Shown here: piece by piece, positions 11,076 to 24,559 of the stretch | Numbering within the stretch: the first letter of the stretch is position 1 | Layout: each line of letters begins with the position of its first letter | From: Laetmonice hystrix | Taxonomy: Eukaryota | Length of the DNA: 64,000 nt | Reading direction: 5' to 3' | NCBI GenBank assembly: GCA_965235115.1 | Contig: OZ249451.1 | Span: forward strand, 5,704,001 to 5,768,000 | Translations under genes and position numbers: made by a program | Notes under the pieces: model-generated | Databases searched by the model: none | The model's input: only the letters and a program-made list of their open reading frames with translations | What the model was told of the DNA's origin: nothing

Positions 11076-14008
11076 CGGAATCCCCTCTTTTACAGTCAGC
11101 CACATACAGAGGTCATGGCGGAATAGATCGTTAAGTTCCGATCATAGCCATCCATAATACAAGATATAGTCAGTTCTAAACGATGACAGCAGACCCAGCG
11201 TCACTGGGGAGTAGGCTTAGCTCGATTCTCAACCTGGCCTTGCTCAATGGATAACGAGACTCGATCGATCTTCCTATATGGCAAGGAGACTATCATGAAG
11301 GAAAGATTTCATCTCAAGGTCATGATGAAGGTCAGGGGATGCTCCATGATCCAAGCACACAAATATTATTTCACACTTTTGTTTTTGTGAGGGAAACGAA
11401 CAGGGAGAAAATGAAAAAAGACTATGGGAGTTAGGCAAGACCCACGTTTTCTGTTTTTTATTTTGTATATATAGTTGACAGTAAACATTGCACGGATTAT
11501 GTATGATGGGTTGAATAAAATAAGGACAAATGAAAAGATTTCGATTGCGCTCCAAGGATCTATGGTCCGGGCATAGAGGATCAGTTCACGTCAGAAGAGT
11601 CTGAATATGCAGAACTTTTCTTCAATAATTTTAAGTGACCGAACTTCCGCCAGATTAACAGCGACTTCTCCATATTAACGTGTACATGTACATGGGGTAT
11701 GGTTCTTACATTAAAACTTCCACCACAAATCATTAGTTCCCTAAAATCACCCTCATGAAAGACTTTCACCACAAATCATTATTTCACTAAAATCATGAAA
11801 CACTTTGTTATATCGCCAACCACCTGTCATAGAACGCCAAAATGTGATTTATGCTATTCTTGTCGAATCATTTCTTGGCTATAGCCCCGCCAGTCCCCTG
11901 GTTTCAGTTGCCTTGTATTATGGTTATTCGGGCAAAACGGATCATTTAGGTATATCTAGGCCCTATGACATTACTCTCCTGTATAAATTTTGTCGACCCG
12001 TTTTGTCCAATCCGTTATGCCCTTGAGTGCTACTGCTTGCATACAAAAATAGCGTACCCCTCAAACAATTCCAACGTATTGCCGAAACTTCCAATGCAAT
12101 CTTATGTTACATAATTTTTTCACCGTTATCCAAATATGCTGTGAAATACGCTAAGCCCCCAGTTTTACCTAAATCGCAGATTAAAACTTATTGTTGCTTG
12201 TGGTTTTTACCAGTTCTTATTGGTTCGTCCAACGACCTTACTAATTAACTGCTCCACAACTGCATATTAACGTCAAACATTTTCAATATTTTTCCCCATT
12301 AATGTTAGCAAAAACGCGTGACCAATTTTGCTGGGCCATTCGTATTTGTACAGAAAAATATGTTTCCACTTTTGTAACCGAATACAGAATGTACTTGCAT
12401 GTTCTTTCCGGAAAGAATAAATTACCAATTCAGTAGAATTCCTGGATTTTATATTTGATATCGACAGGATAAACTGATGCCGACATGATAAACCGTTTAC
12501 CATTAAGGAGATTACTACATATTTTCATCTACTCTGAATTTGTCCGCGTTCCCATGAAAGATTATTAAAAGGGGGCTCATTTGGTGGCGAGGAGCGTCTA
12601 TTAGCTAAAAGCCCCATTACTCTTGGGTCAGATTCCAGGAGATAAGCAACATATGTTCCATTAAGATACGTTAACGAGGCCATAACTTTAAAAAAAATTA
12701 TAACAATTTCGAACATCCCCAGTGTTCCCTCTAATAAAATCAACGTCCTCGTATAGCGAAATTATATCGACGACTGGTAGATTGTGAGTGAATGTATAAT
12801 GTGGAGACTTTAGAGCTTCAGACCAGCTTCATGGCGAAAACAATGTTAAGAATGAAGAGGTCCGTTCTAGCTCATGTCTCCGCATTAATAATAATTATTG
12901 TCAACCCGTTACAGGAGAAAATCTGACTATCAAATGGACTTGCGGAGATTAAGGAATTATAGACGGAGTCGGGTGAGGTTTTCGCTTCGCGTTCGCCACC
13001 CAACACAAGTCCTTACCGCCTACCTACGTCAGTTCAGGCATCATATTACACTTATTGTCAGGACGAGCTTATTGTTTAAGTGTTATCAATTTTTATTAGT
13101 ACTCTTCATGGTATTAAAACAAGAGTTCCCTGTCGTGTCATACGCTTGGCCATTATCTGGGCTATTCGATTAGGATTGTTCGGACTTCGTAAGCCGCGAA
13201 GAAGAAGTTTCGTAACATCTTGTACTATACTCCGATGAATTGTTTTTGAGAGCCCCCCGCCCCGAAAAGCCAGCGGTTGTATCTAGGGGGTCCCCACCCC
13301 TCCAAAACACCACTGGCGGTATACTAGACCTTCTATTGTTTTGATTCGGAAGTTAATTGTCCTGCATGAGATCACTCATGAACCACCTAAATAGGTTTTC
13401 ACAGTGTACCAGTTTTGCCATTTCCCAACTATAATTAGTTAAAGCTTTCCAGTAGGAAATGATGAAGTAGTGTCCAGCACGCTACATTTGATACGACGGA
13501 GAACAGACAATGGCCTAATGCAGAGCAATTTCCTCACAGTCGAGCGACCTTGACGTAATCATATGAAAACGACGTCAGCCATGTGCCTGGTAGGCCCGCC
13601 GTTCCTGGAAAACAATATCCAGGGTTGGTAAACATTGAAAACAGTTGGGATGTAACCTCATGGCTCCTTGTCTCGCCACCTTTTGTTTTTCCCATTCCTA
13701 GATGTATTCTGGAGTATCTTTGGGGATCCAGTAACAGTATTTTTAAAAAGTTAAATTCTGCGTTGCCGTCAGTGTCGTTGGGAGACTTGCCTTCCCATTG
13801 TACTGGGTACATTCTGTCCGTGTTGGCCAGGCAACACGATGTCTTTAGTATCCTTGGTGGTGGGAACCAGACAGGTGCCAAGGCGAGGGAATGTGACGTT
13901 ACGAGGTGTTAATTGTGTGGAGACACTGTGGTGGCACATAGAATTCTCTGGAAGGATGCCACATCCCGCATTCATCTCACAGTCTGGTCGTTCTCCATTC
14001 ACAGGCAA

Positions 14009-14082
14009 AAACTTCATCAAAACTTCATCAAAACTTCATCAAAACTTCATCAAAACTTCATCAAAACTTCATCAAAACTTCA
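14009..14082. repeat. 11-bp tandem repeat (AAAACTTCATC)n
   Basis: About 6.5 copies, directly visible. Confidence 0.95.
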
Positions 14083-15858
14083 TGTCTGAGCCCTCACAAA
14101 AATGTACAGCGTTCTGGAGACACCACGCAAAAACCGCGATATGGCAGGCTGGAGCGGATGAACGGTAAGTATAGTTCTAAATGTACTGTCGGACAAGTCT
14201 GTGAAGGTAATATCTCAGCTCATGATTAACCAATGGTCACAAAGTAGTTCGTAGGATTTGCTGTTGTCCTCTATGCTCCCCTCGGAGATCAGGGGCTAGA
14301 ATGGTCGTCAGTACAACTCCTGGCTTCTCGTAAAATGTGACAGATTTGGCTGGTGTGGGGAAGAGGTCGACTGTCGGATTGTAGTGTGCGTGACACAATT
14401 GGATTTCTATTCTCCGAGTGTTGGTTTTTCTCATTGGCCCTCCCCAGTACTCCTCCATGGTTATCAAAGGCTTTAGAATGCCCAGCCGTGTCTGTGGACT
14501 GGGATTATAAAAAAAATCGAAAAGAGTAGAGGAATGCCTCCCGGTGGCAGGTTTCGTTCTGACTTCAAGGTCTTTGAATGATTACATCGCCCTGAATATG
14601 GCTGACATGATATAGAACATCCAACTCAACCACTCACACGTAGAAGGTGCAATACCGCCTGATCTCTGCCGGATCTTTGCCAAGGGGGGGGGGGGGGGAT
14701 GCGCCGAGTAATGGGGGGGGCGAGTGATCACCGCTTCCAGAAAACAAAAATTTGACAAAGAGTCACGGATTCCAAAAAAAGAGTTCCGCGACCTTGGCAA
14801 TGACTTACGCACGTGATTATGGTAAATCGTGTTTGCGTCTTGGCGGTATCCGCCTATAACTGTCGACTTTGATAAAATGAAGGACCTGTGACGGCAAAGT
14901 GCACGACATTTGGCCTGGATTGGTCGTCAGCAGAGTGCTTGGATATTGCAGAACCCTCTTACAAGTAGTCCACTTAACGAAATGTTTGCATCGTATACAT
15001 ACAGGCTCATAACACTTGAGGGAAGATTGCAGGTAGTGAGTCTATAGAGCGAACTTGTGATAACCACAACAAATTCATGCTGATAAATATTGCGTAATTC
15101 ATATCAAAGAAATATAGTGATGGGGGAATATCATCATTTAGATTTCGATTAGGAAAATATCGCATGCATTAGTTCTCCGCTGGTATACGATTAATAATAC
15201 ATCATAAAATATCACCTGGCGGCGAATGGTCTTATTATTGGACTCTGTAGTCACTCTGTAGGTACGTTAGGCACAATAGATAGTTATACGTATTGTCAGT
15301 TGGCACAGTCATACGAACTGTCCACAACACCTGCTTTTGAGTTAGACAGAGTGGATGAACGAATTGATGTCTTAATGTGAAATATACTTCTGCTCATAAA
15401 ACAGAAATCTTATGTTTTAGTCCGTCCTGACAATGATTTCTCTGTGAGAAACTACATAGACTCGATAATACAGCCATGCAAGCAGTAAACGCAATTGTGA
15501 CTTATTATGTGAATTATGGTTTACTTAGGAAATGTGCATTAATCTGTGCTTGTTTCTTTGCCAAAGCTTTGTTTATGTCGTAGTGATTCCCCATATAATT
15601 GTCTCGTGGCACGCTGTCTGATGTATGGGCGGAGTTTAGAAGCACGGATGTTGCATGAGAAAACACTACTAACATATTCACAACCAATACTAGAGTATAG
15701 AAACCAAAGGATCCGATCTCGAGAGGGGTTAAGAGGGGTGAGCATCTAATGGGACATCGTATAAAGAGATGTTGAGATACGTCCCATGCCACGACAAATG
15801 TATTCTTTGATCTTTAGGTTTATTATCACAACTGAGAAACTAAGGCACATCTACTTAA

Positions 15859-16398
15859 AGGGGCATATTATGAGGAAACGTAAAAAATCGGTATTTCAAG
15901 GAACTTTTGCTGTTTTCATCAAGAGATCCTTTATTCATATTGCTTGTTAAACAAAGACAGACTTATCAGTTTCATTTTGTGTGAGAAATCGAAGTTTATG
16001 AAGCTCCCTTGCCCGCTTTTCTGCCGATTTCGTAAAATATTTTTTGGGTGGCATTCTGATGCCGGGCGATCGAGTGCAACTGCTGAATTGTTTACAACTA
16101 AGCGAAGCACGTGACTAATCACATGCAGAGAGTGCACACGCAGGAAGTGACACAGTATGCAATTACACGGGTTGATGCATGGGAGGTTGTCTATAGCAAA
16201 TTATGGCGGGAGATGTGCTATCGGGAGAAATCTATAGGTTTGGTCGTATAGAATCTACTTGTGCTGCATACGCAGCGAAAACACGTCGGAGGACAAAATG
16301 CTGTGGTAGGATTATTTACTTGGATCCCTAGTACACGATCATGTTGGATAAAAATTATTGCCGGAAGTCTAAAAAAACGTGTTTCATAGCATGCCCCT
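15859..16398. mobile_element. Kolobok-like MITE
   Basis: TTAA|AGGGGCAT...ATGCCCCT|TTAA, i.e. TTAA TSD with RR...YY termini. Homologous to 26965-27978. Confidence 0.75.
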
Positions 16399-18788
16399 TT
16401 AAAGGAACTATGTCACGGGGGATATCGACCACTGACGTACTTTATGGCACTGATTGTTTTTCATATTGATTCTGTTAACACATACCCCGAGTAGACAGCT
16501 GTGAAATCCTCCCTAATGTAGACAAATGAATAAAACTAGCTGAAGTGTCCGCAAAGTGCGATGAATCCACCATTTTGGTCCCCTTTGGCTGCCGCGAATC
16601 GTTTGAACGGGTCCCATGATCAATGTTTCACAGGTAAAAATGAAATTGCGAGGAAGCCCGATAATGATTATCTGCCAAACTATTCACTAGTATTTTTCGG
16701 GCCAAACTAAATAAATCCAATTGGCAATCATCGTTACTGCGATATGGTATTCCCTTACGTAATGCAGTTGTCCAGTTGGCAATGTTCAGATATATTTCAA
16801 ATCTTATTTCAGGCAGAGAGTTTGCTGGGAGATCTGACACCTGTCACCTGATCCACAATTACTCTGGGAATTATGCATTCATCCAGCTTGAAGCAGTTAT
16901 TGCATTACCACATGCAGTTATTGCATTACCACATGGGTCTGAGGAGGCCTCTGGTACTTCAGATTTTATCTGCAATTAATCACAGCCTCATATAATTTCA
17001 AATCAAAAGAGTAAAACAACTAAATCTGCAAAATCTAAAGACTAAGTTCAGTTAAACCCATCCTGTACTAACAGAAGAAACGTTAACCAAAAATAGACTG
17101 CTCAGATTCAGTTAATTAGTTAGCACTCTGACAAAGAAAGGTCCAGAAAGTACATGAAGAGAAGTAAGAGGAAGACATGCAATACGGCCAATTTTACAGG
17201 TACTATCTGGGGGTCATATCACTGAGGCATGGACTGTATCTACAGAAGATTATATGCACATCCATTATCTAGGAGAATCTGGGGACTTGAAAAAAGTGAT
17301 GACGGCGGTAGAGTTGTGTTAGCGTAAGCCATCCCAGCCAGCTCGAGTTGGTCACCTACATGATGTATGATTCATTCATCACGCTGTGGTCAACATTACA
17401 GCTCTGGTGTGATGAGCAATTGACTGCAAGGATACTTGCCCAGGATAGCTTCTCTCCAACACGACCCGCATCTCTCATTGGATATACAGGGTGTTACAGA
17501 AAAATAGGGAAAACATATTTGTGTCACTGTATACTGAACCAAGTGGGACGGTTTTTGGTATCATGTGTCATCAAAAAGAGGGGCCCTTCCTACCATATGA
17601 ACCGTTTGGGTGTCGGAAATCCTGGTTTTCTTCTTTCCTTCCTACCTGCCTGCCGGATTGCCTGTCTGATCGCCCGCCCATTTTGATTTAATCTCAACTT
17701 TAACTTTTGAAATGCGTGTAAACTAGACAAGTATGGCTTGTCATTAAGTGTTGATTGTTGTGTTTATGGTACATTTATGTTGAAACATAATATTGCTGCA
17801 CTATAATGAAGATGAAAATGGAGTCTTATTCCTGCAAGATTTCGTTTACACGATAGGGCCTGCTATTGATTGGCAATGGCTTTCATAATGCATGATCTCG
17901 GTTGTGGTAATATCTACTTTGTGTTGTAAATTAACCTCTAGAAATCGAAATGCTAAACGAAAGCATTTGCATATAGATTTCCCTTAAAAGTCATCTGCAG
18001 AAAAAATGAAAGGGACTGGCTTATCCTATAGCGGTATATAGATAGTCCCCTTCCTTGTGCGGCCACAATAAGTATCACACCTTTACCCGCCGTAACGTGC
18101 CCCTATACAGGCAGGGAATCCAAGGGTGAGGGTAAAAAGATCTGAGGGTGTGGGAGCTCCACGTCCCACCCTTTCCAACCTGGACTCGGTTCGTATAGAG
18201 CACCCAGGCCCTTTCCGTCATGTGAGCTGGGCATTGACTGTGAAACTAAACAGATGATCCGGTGATCCCGATCATCTTACACAATTAATGGTGAATCCGC
18301 GGCTGTAAAGTGTTATCAAACATTTGGTTTAATTATAGGCACATCTGCCTAACTTTTGATACGTTCACTTTCGACTCAGATGTCAGGAGCTGTTATTGCG
18401 AAATTCTATCAAAACAAGCCGTATGAGAATAACTTACTTGCTGTGACATTTTGCTGATGAAAGCCGAAACAGCAACATTTTTACCGGTAATCTTTGTCAT
18501 GAGAAAATGAGCTGTTGACATGAACCGTGGACGATATGTTTTGGGGGAACTTCAAGCCGTCTGATCAAGTGTTGCTTTAACTTAATTTTGAATGCGAATA
18601 TAAACGATCACATTACATTATCTACTGCTCGACCAGTATTCCTTCAGCCAGGTACGAAAGTCGCAATCAGGGAGCTTATCATTTATCGCTGGGAGTAGGT
18701 TCGTACACTAATATATATGTTTGAGGGGCACTAGCCTGGACCCCCTGGACCCCCCCCCCCCCGGACACTGTAGTGTTTGCTAGAGTAT

Positions 18789-18977
18789 CAGGGGCGGATC
18801 TAGGGTCTATATTCAGGGGGGGGGGTCCGAGGGGGGTCCAGCATAAAAAGGGCAAATCGAGGGGGGGGGGTCCGTTGTAAAACCAAAAGGCATTTTGGTT
18901 ATAAAAAGTTAAATTTGGCAAATTTGAGGGGGGGGGGGGGTCCGGACGTCGCCGACACCCCCCTGGATCCGCCACTG
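18789..18977. mobile_element. GC-rich MITE inserted in the satellite
   Basis: TIRs CAGGGGCGGATC / GATCCGCCACTG. AGTAT is duplicated on both sides (18784-18788 and 18978-18982). Confidence 0.75.
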
Positions 18978-19264
18978 AGTATAAGGCCAGTCAGTCCAAG
19001 TGGTGAGCCCTCACTGTAGAGTTTGCTCGAGTATCAGGCCAGACAGAACATGTTGGCAGCCCTCACTGTAGTGTTTGCTCGAGACTAAGGCCAGTCAATA
19101 CATGTAGGGAGCCCTCTCTGTAGTGTTTGCTTCAGTCTAAGCTAAGTCAATACATGTCGAGAACCCTCACTGTAGTGTTTGCTCGAGAATGACGCCACTT
19201 AATACATGTATAGGGAACCCTCACAATACTGTTTGCTCCAGCCCAACGCCAGTTACACATGTTA

Positions 19265-19350
19265 CTCTTGCGCTTCTTGTCGCCCGTGCGGACGGCGTTG
19301 GCCTTGCTAGCGGCCTTCTTAGCTCCCTTCGACGTTGGTTTTGGCGACAT
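19265..19350 (-). pseudogene. H2B: Truncated histone H2B 5' fragment (first ~28 codons)
   Basis: MSPKPTSKGAKKAASKANAVRTGDKKRK matches invertebrate H2B N-terminal tails. It runs into satellite sequence before the KESY motif and histone fold. Confidence 0.85.
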
Positions 19351-19610
19351 GATGTCCGTGTTTCGACTAAGGTGCCAGTCGGCGCGTTTTGTTTATATAT
19401 GGCGTTGTATGCAAATTAGGAGCGAGTTCATCCCGAAATGAGCGATGCATGGTTCATTCGCGTTCCGTTGGTGGCGCCACCGCCCGGTGCTGCGGTTCGA
19501 CCCATGTTTGAACTCGCTCATTCACTATCATATATAAACGCGGAGAGCACCGGCCTCGCCATTGTGCTAGACAGACATTTTGCTAACACACCCATCCAAA
19601 CAATCATCAA
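19351..19610. promoter_or_regulatory. H2A/H2B-type divergent histone promoter
   Basis: Octamer ATGCAAAT at 19409-19416 (ATTTGCAT on the H2B strand) next to a TATA at 19392-19400. A second, opposite-facing TATATAAA at 19531-19538 is followed by a histone-like leader ending CAAACAATCATC, but no H2A CDS follows. Confidence 0.7.
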
Positions 19611-20094
19611 GTTGTCCGATGGAGGATTACAAGTGGCGTCCATTAGAGAAAGACTTAAAACCAAGAGAATTAAAAGCTCTCCCGGTAGTGTGTGCTCGAG
19701 GATAAGGCCGGACAGTACATGTTAGGAGCCCTCACTGTAGTGTTTGCTCTAGGGCAATGCCAGTCAATACATGTGGAGAGCCCTCACTGTAGTGTTTGCT
19801 CGATTATAAGGCCAGTCAGTCCATTTGGGCAGCCCTCACTGTAGTGTTTGCTTCAGTGTAAGCTCAGTCAATACATGTAGGTTCCCTCACTGCAGTGTTT
19901 GCTCCAGTCTAAGGCCAGCCAATACATGTACAGAGCCCTCACTGTAGTGTTGGCTTCAGTGTAAGCTCAGTCAATACATGTAGGTTCCCTCATTGTAGTG
20001 TTTGCTCCAGTCTAAGGCCAGTCAATACACGTAGAGAGCCCTCACTGTAGTGTTTGCTCGAGTATTGCAGAAGGATGTTCGCTTTGGTGTCACC

Positions 20095-20290
20095 ATGTAC
20101 GAAAGTACGAGACCTGACAAATGCAGAGCGGGGAGAAATCGTACGTCTGCCTCAGAGAGGAAGGAGTTTCGGTCAGTTTACCGGGTCTGGGTGAGGTACC
20201 AAAAATCTACAGACAAGAGAACGTTTTACAAAAGTGGTAGGCCGAGAAAACCCACACCGAGAGAAGATCGGCGTATTCTCAGGAGAATAC
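20095..20290 (+). mobile_element. Tc1-like transposase N-terminal DNA-binding fragment, frameshifted
   Basis: RDLTNAERGEIVRL..GRSF in one frame and KSGRPRKPTPREDRRILR in another, typical of Tc1 HTH regions. Confidence 0.75.
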
Positions 20291-20479
20291 ACAGAAGGAT
20301 GGCCGCCATAGTTAGGTTAGGTGGCTACCCTACAACATACTAAATGACTGGAGTCTCTTCATGAAAAATAATAACTATGTACTGGTTAACATTGAATATA
20401 AGTACTGAATAACAGTTAAAACTGAGAAAGCGATTGTTAAGATGGTATTTCAAACTGAACGTTGATGTCTCTCCAGTCT

Positions 20480-20935
20480 GCCCATGTCACAAGACTTTTG
20501 TCAGATGTGTGTAGTGTTGCGCAGTGGTGCTGATTGATGCGGCAAGAGATGTGGGAGGTCTTCAAGGAGTTTTTAAACCTCTTCCTTGGGTCCCACGATG
20601 ACGGTAGCCAATGGCCAGTTCTATGTACACTACAGTCTTCGGTAGGCGAAAGCCTGTCCATCTTGAAGACATGCCCCACCTAGCGCAGCTGTATCTGAAG
20701 GAGCCTGGCTTCAATGCTGGTGTATTTTGCCACTTCCAGGACTTCGATTTTGGTGATAAATTCCTTCCAGCGCATGCTGAGTAGGCCTATGCTTCGGAGG
20801 CAATGCTGGTGGAAACGTTCGAGCAGTCGTAGACTCGAGCACCAGTCCTATCCTATCAGTGGTCGAGACTAGCAGTCGCAGATATCGACGGTAGATGACC
20901 AGGACTCAGCACCAAACAAGAATGTTGTAAACAAA
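20480..20935 (-). mobile_element. RTE-clade LINE ORF C-terminal relic
   Basis: Minus strand reads TTFLFGAESW, FHQHCLRSI, RWKEFITKIEVLE, SIEARLLQIQLR*VGHVFKM and KRFKNSLK, with stops and frameshifts. Confidence 0.8.
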
Positions 20936-22175
20936 GTAATCCCGCAATAGTTTCAGCAGTCAGATTTTTCGCCTAAAAAAAAAGTTGTTCTTATACAGGG
21001 TATAGATCTTATCCATAGAGTTACACTTATAGGAGGTATTCATTTTACAAGTCTAGTGGCAGAATTCTACGAAGGTTTTTTTGTGGACAATTTATTTAGT
21101 TTCTTACGTGTATTTCGTTTGCCATATTAACATTTCTTTGCTGTACAAGATACTCGACTCTGGCCTTGATTGATGAAATATTTCGACTCTGGCCTTGATT
21201 GATAAAATATATCTCTGCAGTTCCTGAGGCAGGTTGCGGTAGGGCACCTGCAAATAGATATTTTATAAGGCATGTACCCACCAGCTGTGCCTTCTCTTCG
21301 GTGTCTTTCTGTCTCATATTGTAGCTCCAAGCAACTGTCTCACGACCGAAACTGTCATGACTAGACCTACACGTAGCATCCCATATTATAAGAGAGATTT
21401 ACTGATACTGAGCGGATGCCTCGAGAGACACAGAAAAGGTTTGACGAAATATTTTTAACCCCCAGGCGTTCCCCTATTATCGCCTTCCTGAATAGAGCAA
21501 TGTACGGACAGCGACGTGATATTGGCAAGAGCCCATGAACTATTGAAAGGTATTATCAGTAGAATCATGGTATTAATGTAACATTACATTTCTGTGACAG
21601 CGTGGTGATGAAACATTAATGACACCTCGAAGGGTATTCTCCCTTCGCCGACTGACGATAATCATCATGAAGCTCATGTGTCTGTTTCTATTGGAGACAG
21701 ATTATAATTTAGGGCTCTGTCCGACCCTTGGTCAGACAAACTGCCAGGGCATAGAGATATGCGTATTCAACCATTAGTCTATCTATGGGAAAAGGACAAT
21801 GGGTATTGTTTTCTAATAACACCTGAAATATCTAGGTATCATTGTGCGAAAACAAGTAAGAGAGTAAAACAGTAAAGACAAATAGAAGAGTAAAACAAGT
21901 TAAAAGAGAGAACACTGTGCACATAATTGATTCTAGTTCTATATTAAATTAGACCTCGATCGTTTTCTAATTGTGATACTAATTTGGCGAGATAATCGTA
22001 AGGGTTGTATGACCGGGCCTTTACAGCTTGTGTCAAACAGACATAGCCACCTAACCCACATTTCGACTAGTTCCGCTTACCGAGCTGGTTCCCACTCCGC
22101 CATGTTGTGTGTTGTGCTCCTGCTCGCAGAGTATCTCGGAAGTTTTGATGAAGAGCGCTATGATTGGCTAGTGAG

Positions 22176-22603
22176 TAGCCTGGTCCCCAGCTCTATATTG
22201 ACTACGTATATTGAGCCTAGTGAAGGCTAAACGAAGCGAGCATTGTGATTGGCCCATCGAAAACATGGACACAAACGAGGTAGTTCAGTACCCTCCGTAT
22301 TTCTCCAACAAGATACAGATATTTTCGTCACTCCTTTTAAAATACAACTGTTAAATGTCCTCGCTTTTCTGGATGTAAACATAGCGTCATCGGTCCCCAC
22401 ACCTGCTACGGTCTGCATACGCAGGGGCATGTTGGCCACTCCCGGCCACGCTCCAAGCAGAAGTCGGTCACTCTGTTAACGCTGACCAACGGAACGGAAG
22501 CGGAAGTGCTTGGAGTTTAATCACTTCCGTTTCGCAGCTTTCTGTTAGCCAGCACCTGGCCTAACATAGCGGATGCGTATGGTAGGCACAGGGGACCAGG
22601 CTA
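22176..22603. mobile_element. MITE with 9-bp TSD
   Basis: TIRs TAGCCTGGTCCCC / GGGGACCAGGCTA. Perfect GCTAGTGAG direct repeat at 22167-22175 and 22604-22612. Confidence 0.85.
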
Positions 22604-23810
22604 GCTAGTGAGCTGCCCGACTGACGGTCCGGTCGGCGGGTATGCCACACAGGCCATTCCATGCATGGTAAATAGGCCTTATCATACTTACCACACTGGG
22701 CTAGGACTACTGCTGGCACGAATATGTCCGGACTCCTGCTGTAAAACTTACTAATCTATAAAACTTTCACTATATTGCTGCAAATGACACTATTATAGGC
22801 CTACCCCTATCTCATCCTTTATATTTCATGTTCTCCCCCCACGGTCTCCTCTTCTCATACTGTTGAATGCTTGTACAAGTTGATCTAACAGGAGGTTTGA
22901 TTGGAGGTCGCTAACACAACCGTTAACGTCAAGCTTTCTATGACGTGCGGCGTGCTCGAAGCTGTGGATGGTGTGACGCAATCACCATTGCCTGGAAATT
23001 GTTGCAGGCCGTTCATATGGAGCTATTGTTACTGGTAGATTAGCTTCCATCCTGATGTACTGTTATGTGAAAATGTCGTGTAGAAAGGCAGAATGGTCTC
23101 CGTGTCAGCATGCACGTACCTTTTACCTGACCTTGTCATCCAGCGTCATGGCGAACCAGTTTCGGCATCATACGGGCTTTATCACTGAGCTTCAATCGTC
23201 CCTATGCTTATTTCAAAGAACATGTGGTATAGAAGCGAGTACTAAACGCTAATGAAGAATGTAGGTAATAGGATATGGTAACAGGTGTATCTCAGGTTGT
23301 TATTGCTAATTATTGCAGACAGTTCACTGTGTTTGTGTATCACAGAAGGACACTGCTATACGGCGAAATGTTCATCGCATTGACTACAAAGATTCAGGAC
23401 ATAAATAGGGAAACATCCACATCAAGCAATTGACAAGCACGGAGACTTTAACAGTACCTAAGCTGACATAAAGCTGTTGCAAAGTTAGCTTTGCGCGTTC
23501 AGCCTTTAGCCAATAACAGAAGTTTTACCGCTTCTCGTATGCGCACAACATTTTACTGCTGCTAATAATGCAAATAAGCTCGTTTTATATTGCCACACAG
23601 GCCCGTGCCGTGCATTTGTCAAGCGTGAACGACTTCTGTAATTGCAAAACATAACAATGACCTTTCAGATTTGCCGCTCCCCACATGTGTTTGTTTTTTC
23701 TGTGCAGACTGAAAGGTGTACATACGTTTGACTTCAATTGAGACGTGTCCTGCATTTTTGTTGCTGGTCAGAATCACATGAACGGGAGGATGTTGACGGT
23801 TTACGTCAAC

Positions 23811-24398
23811 CAGACTGGATTCTACTACCTGACTGGATTCTACTACCTGACTGGATTCGACTACCTGACTGGATTCTACTACCTGACTGGATTCTACTAC
23901 CTGACTGGATTCTGCTACCTGACTGGATTCTACCACCTGACTGAATTCTACTACCTGACTGGATTCTACTACCTGACTGGATTCTACTACCTGACTGGAT
24001 TCTACTACCTGACTGGATTCTACTACCTGACTGGATTTTGCTACCAGACTGGATTCTACTACCTGACTGGATTCTACTACCTGACTGGATTCTACTACCT
24101 GACTGGATTCTACTACCTGACTGGATTCTACTACCTGACTAGATTCTACTACCTGACTGGGTTCTACTACCTGACTGGATTCTACTACCAGACTGGATTC
24201 TACTACCTGACTGGATTCTACTACCTGACTGGATTCTACTACCTGACTGGATTCTACTACCAGACTGGATTCTACTACCTGACTGGATTCTACTACCTGA
24301 CTGGATTCTACTACCAGACTGGATTCTACTACCTGACTGGATTCTACTACCTGACTGGATTCTACTACCTGACTGGATTCTACTACCTGACTGGATTC
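23811..24398. repeat. 18-bp tandem array (CTGACTGGATTCTACTAC)n, about 32 copies
   Basis: Directly visible. It explains the LTGFYY, VVESSQ and DWILLP ORFs. Confidence 0.97.
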
Positions 24399-24559
24399 CC
24401 CATATCCAAGAGGCATCCTCTCACACATCTCAGATTGCACTACGACTACCCCCCCCCCTCCCGAGCTAACGCAATGGTTAAGGTTTGATTGCTCACCACA
24501 GTATCACTACGCCTGAGTTGTGCGGCTTATGCCGACACACAGCCAAACAAAGTGCCATA

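Larger units (their letters stand above)
18765..20068. repeat. Diverged 52-bp satellite array (locus 1) interrupted by a MITE and a histone fragment
   Basis: Repeated CCCTCACTGTAGTGTTTGCTCGAG..TAAGGCCAGTCAATACATGTAG monomers. Same family as 27983-29340. Confidence 0.9.

Noticed and set aside
13500-14470. Cluster of 76-115 aa ORFs with coding-like composition
   Set aside because: Could be a decayed gene or transposon, but I recognise no motif and the frames are broken. A tblastx search would be needed.
19610-19690. Possible H2A coding start after the histone leader
   Set aside because: There is no ATG and no SGRGK motif in any frame. The sequence does not align convincingly to H2A.
23619-24488. 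Long ORFs on both strands ((VVESSQ)n, 273 aa; (LTGFYY)n, 247 aa)
   Set aside because: They result from an 18-bp tandem repeat that lacks stops in several frames. There is no unique coding context.
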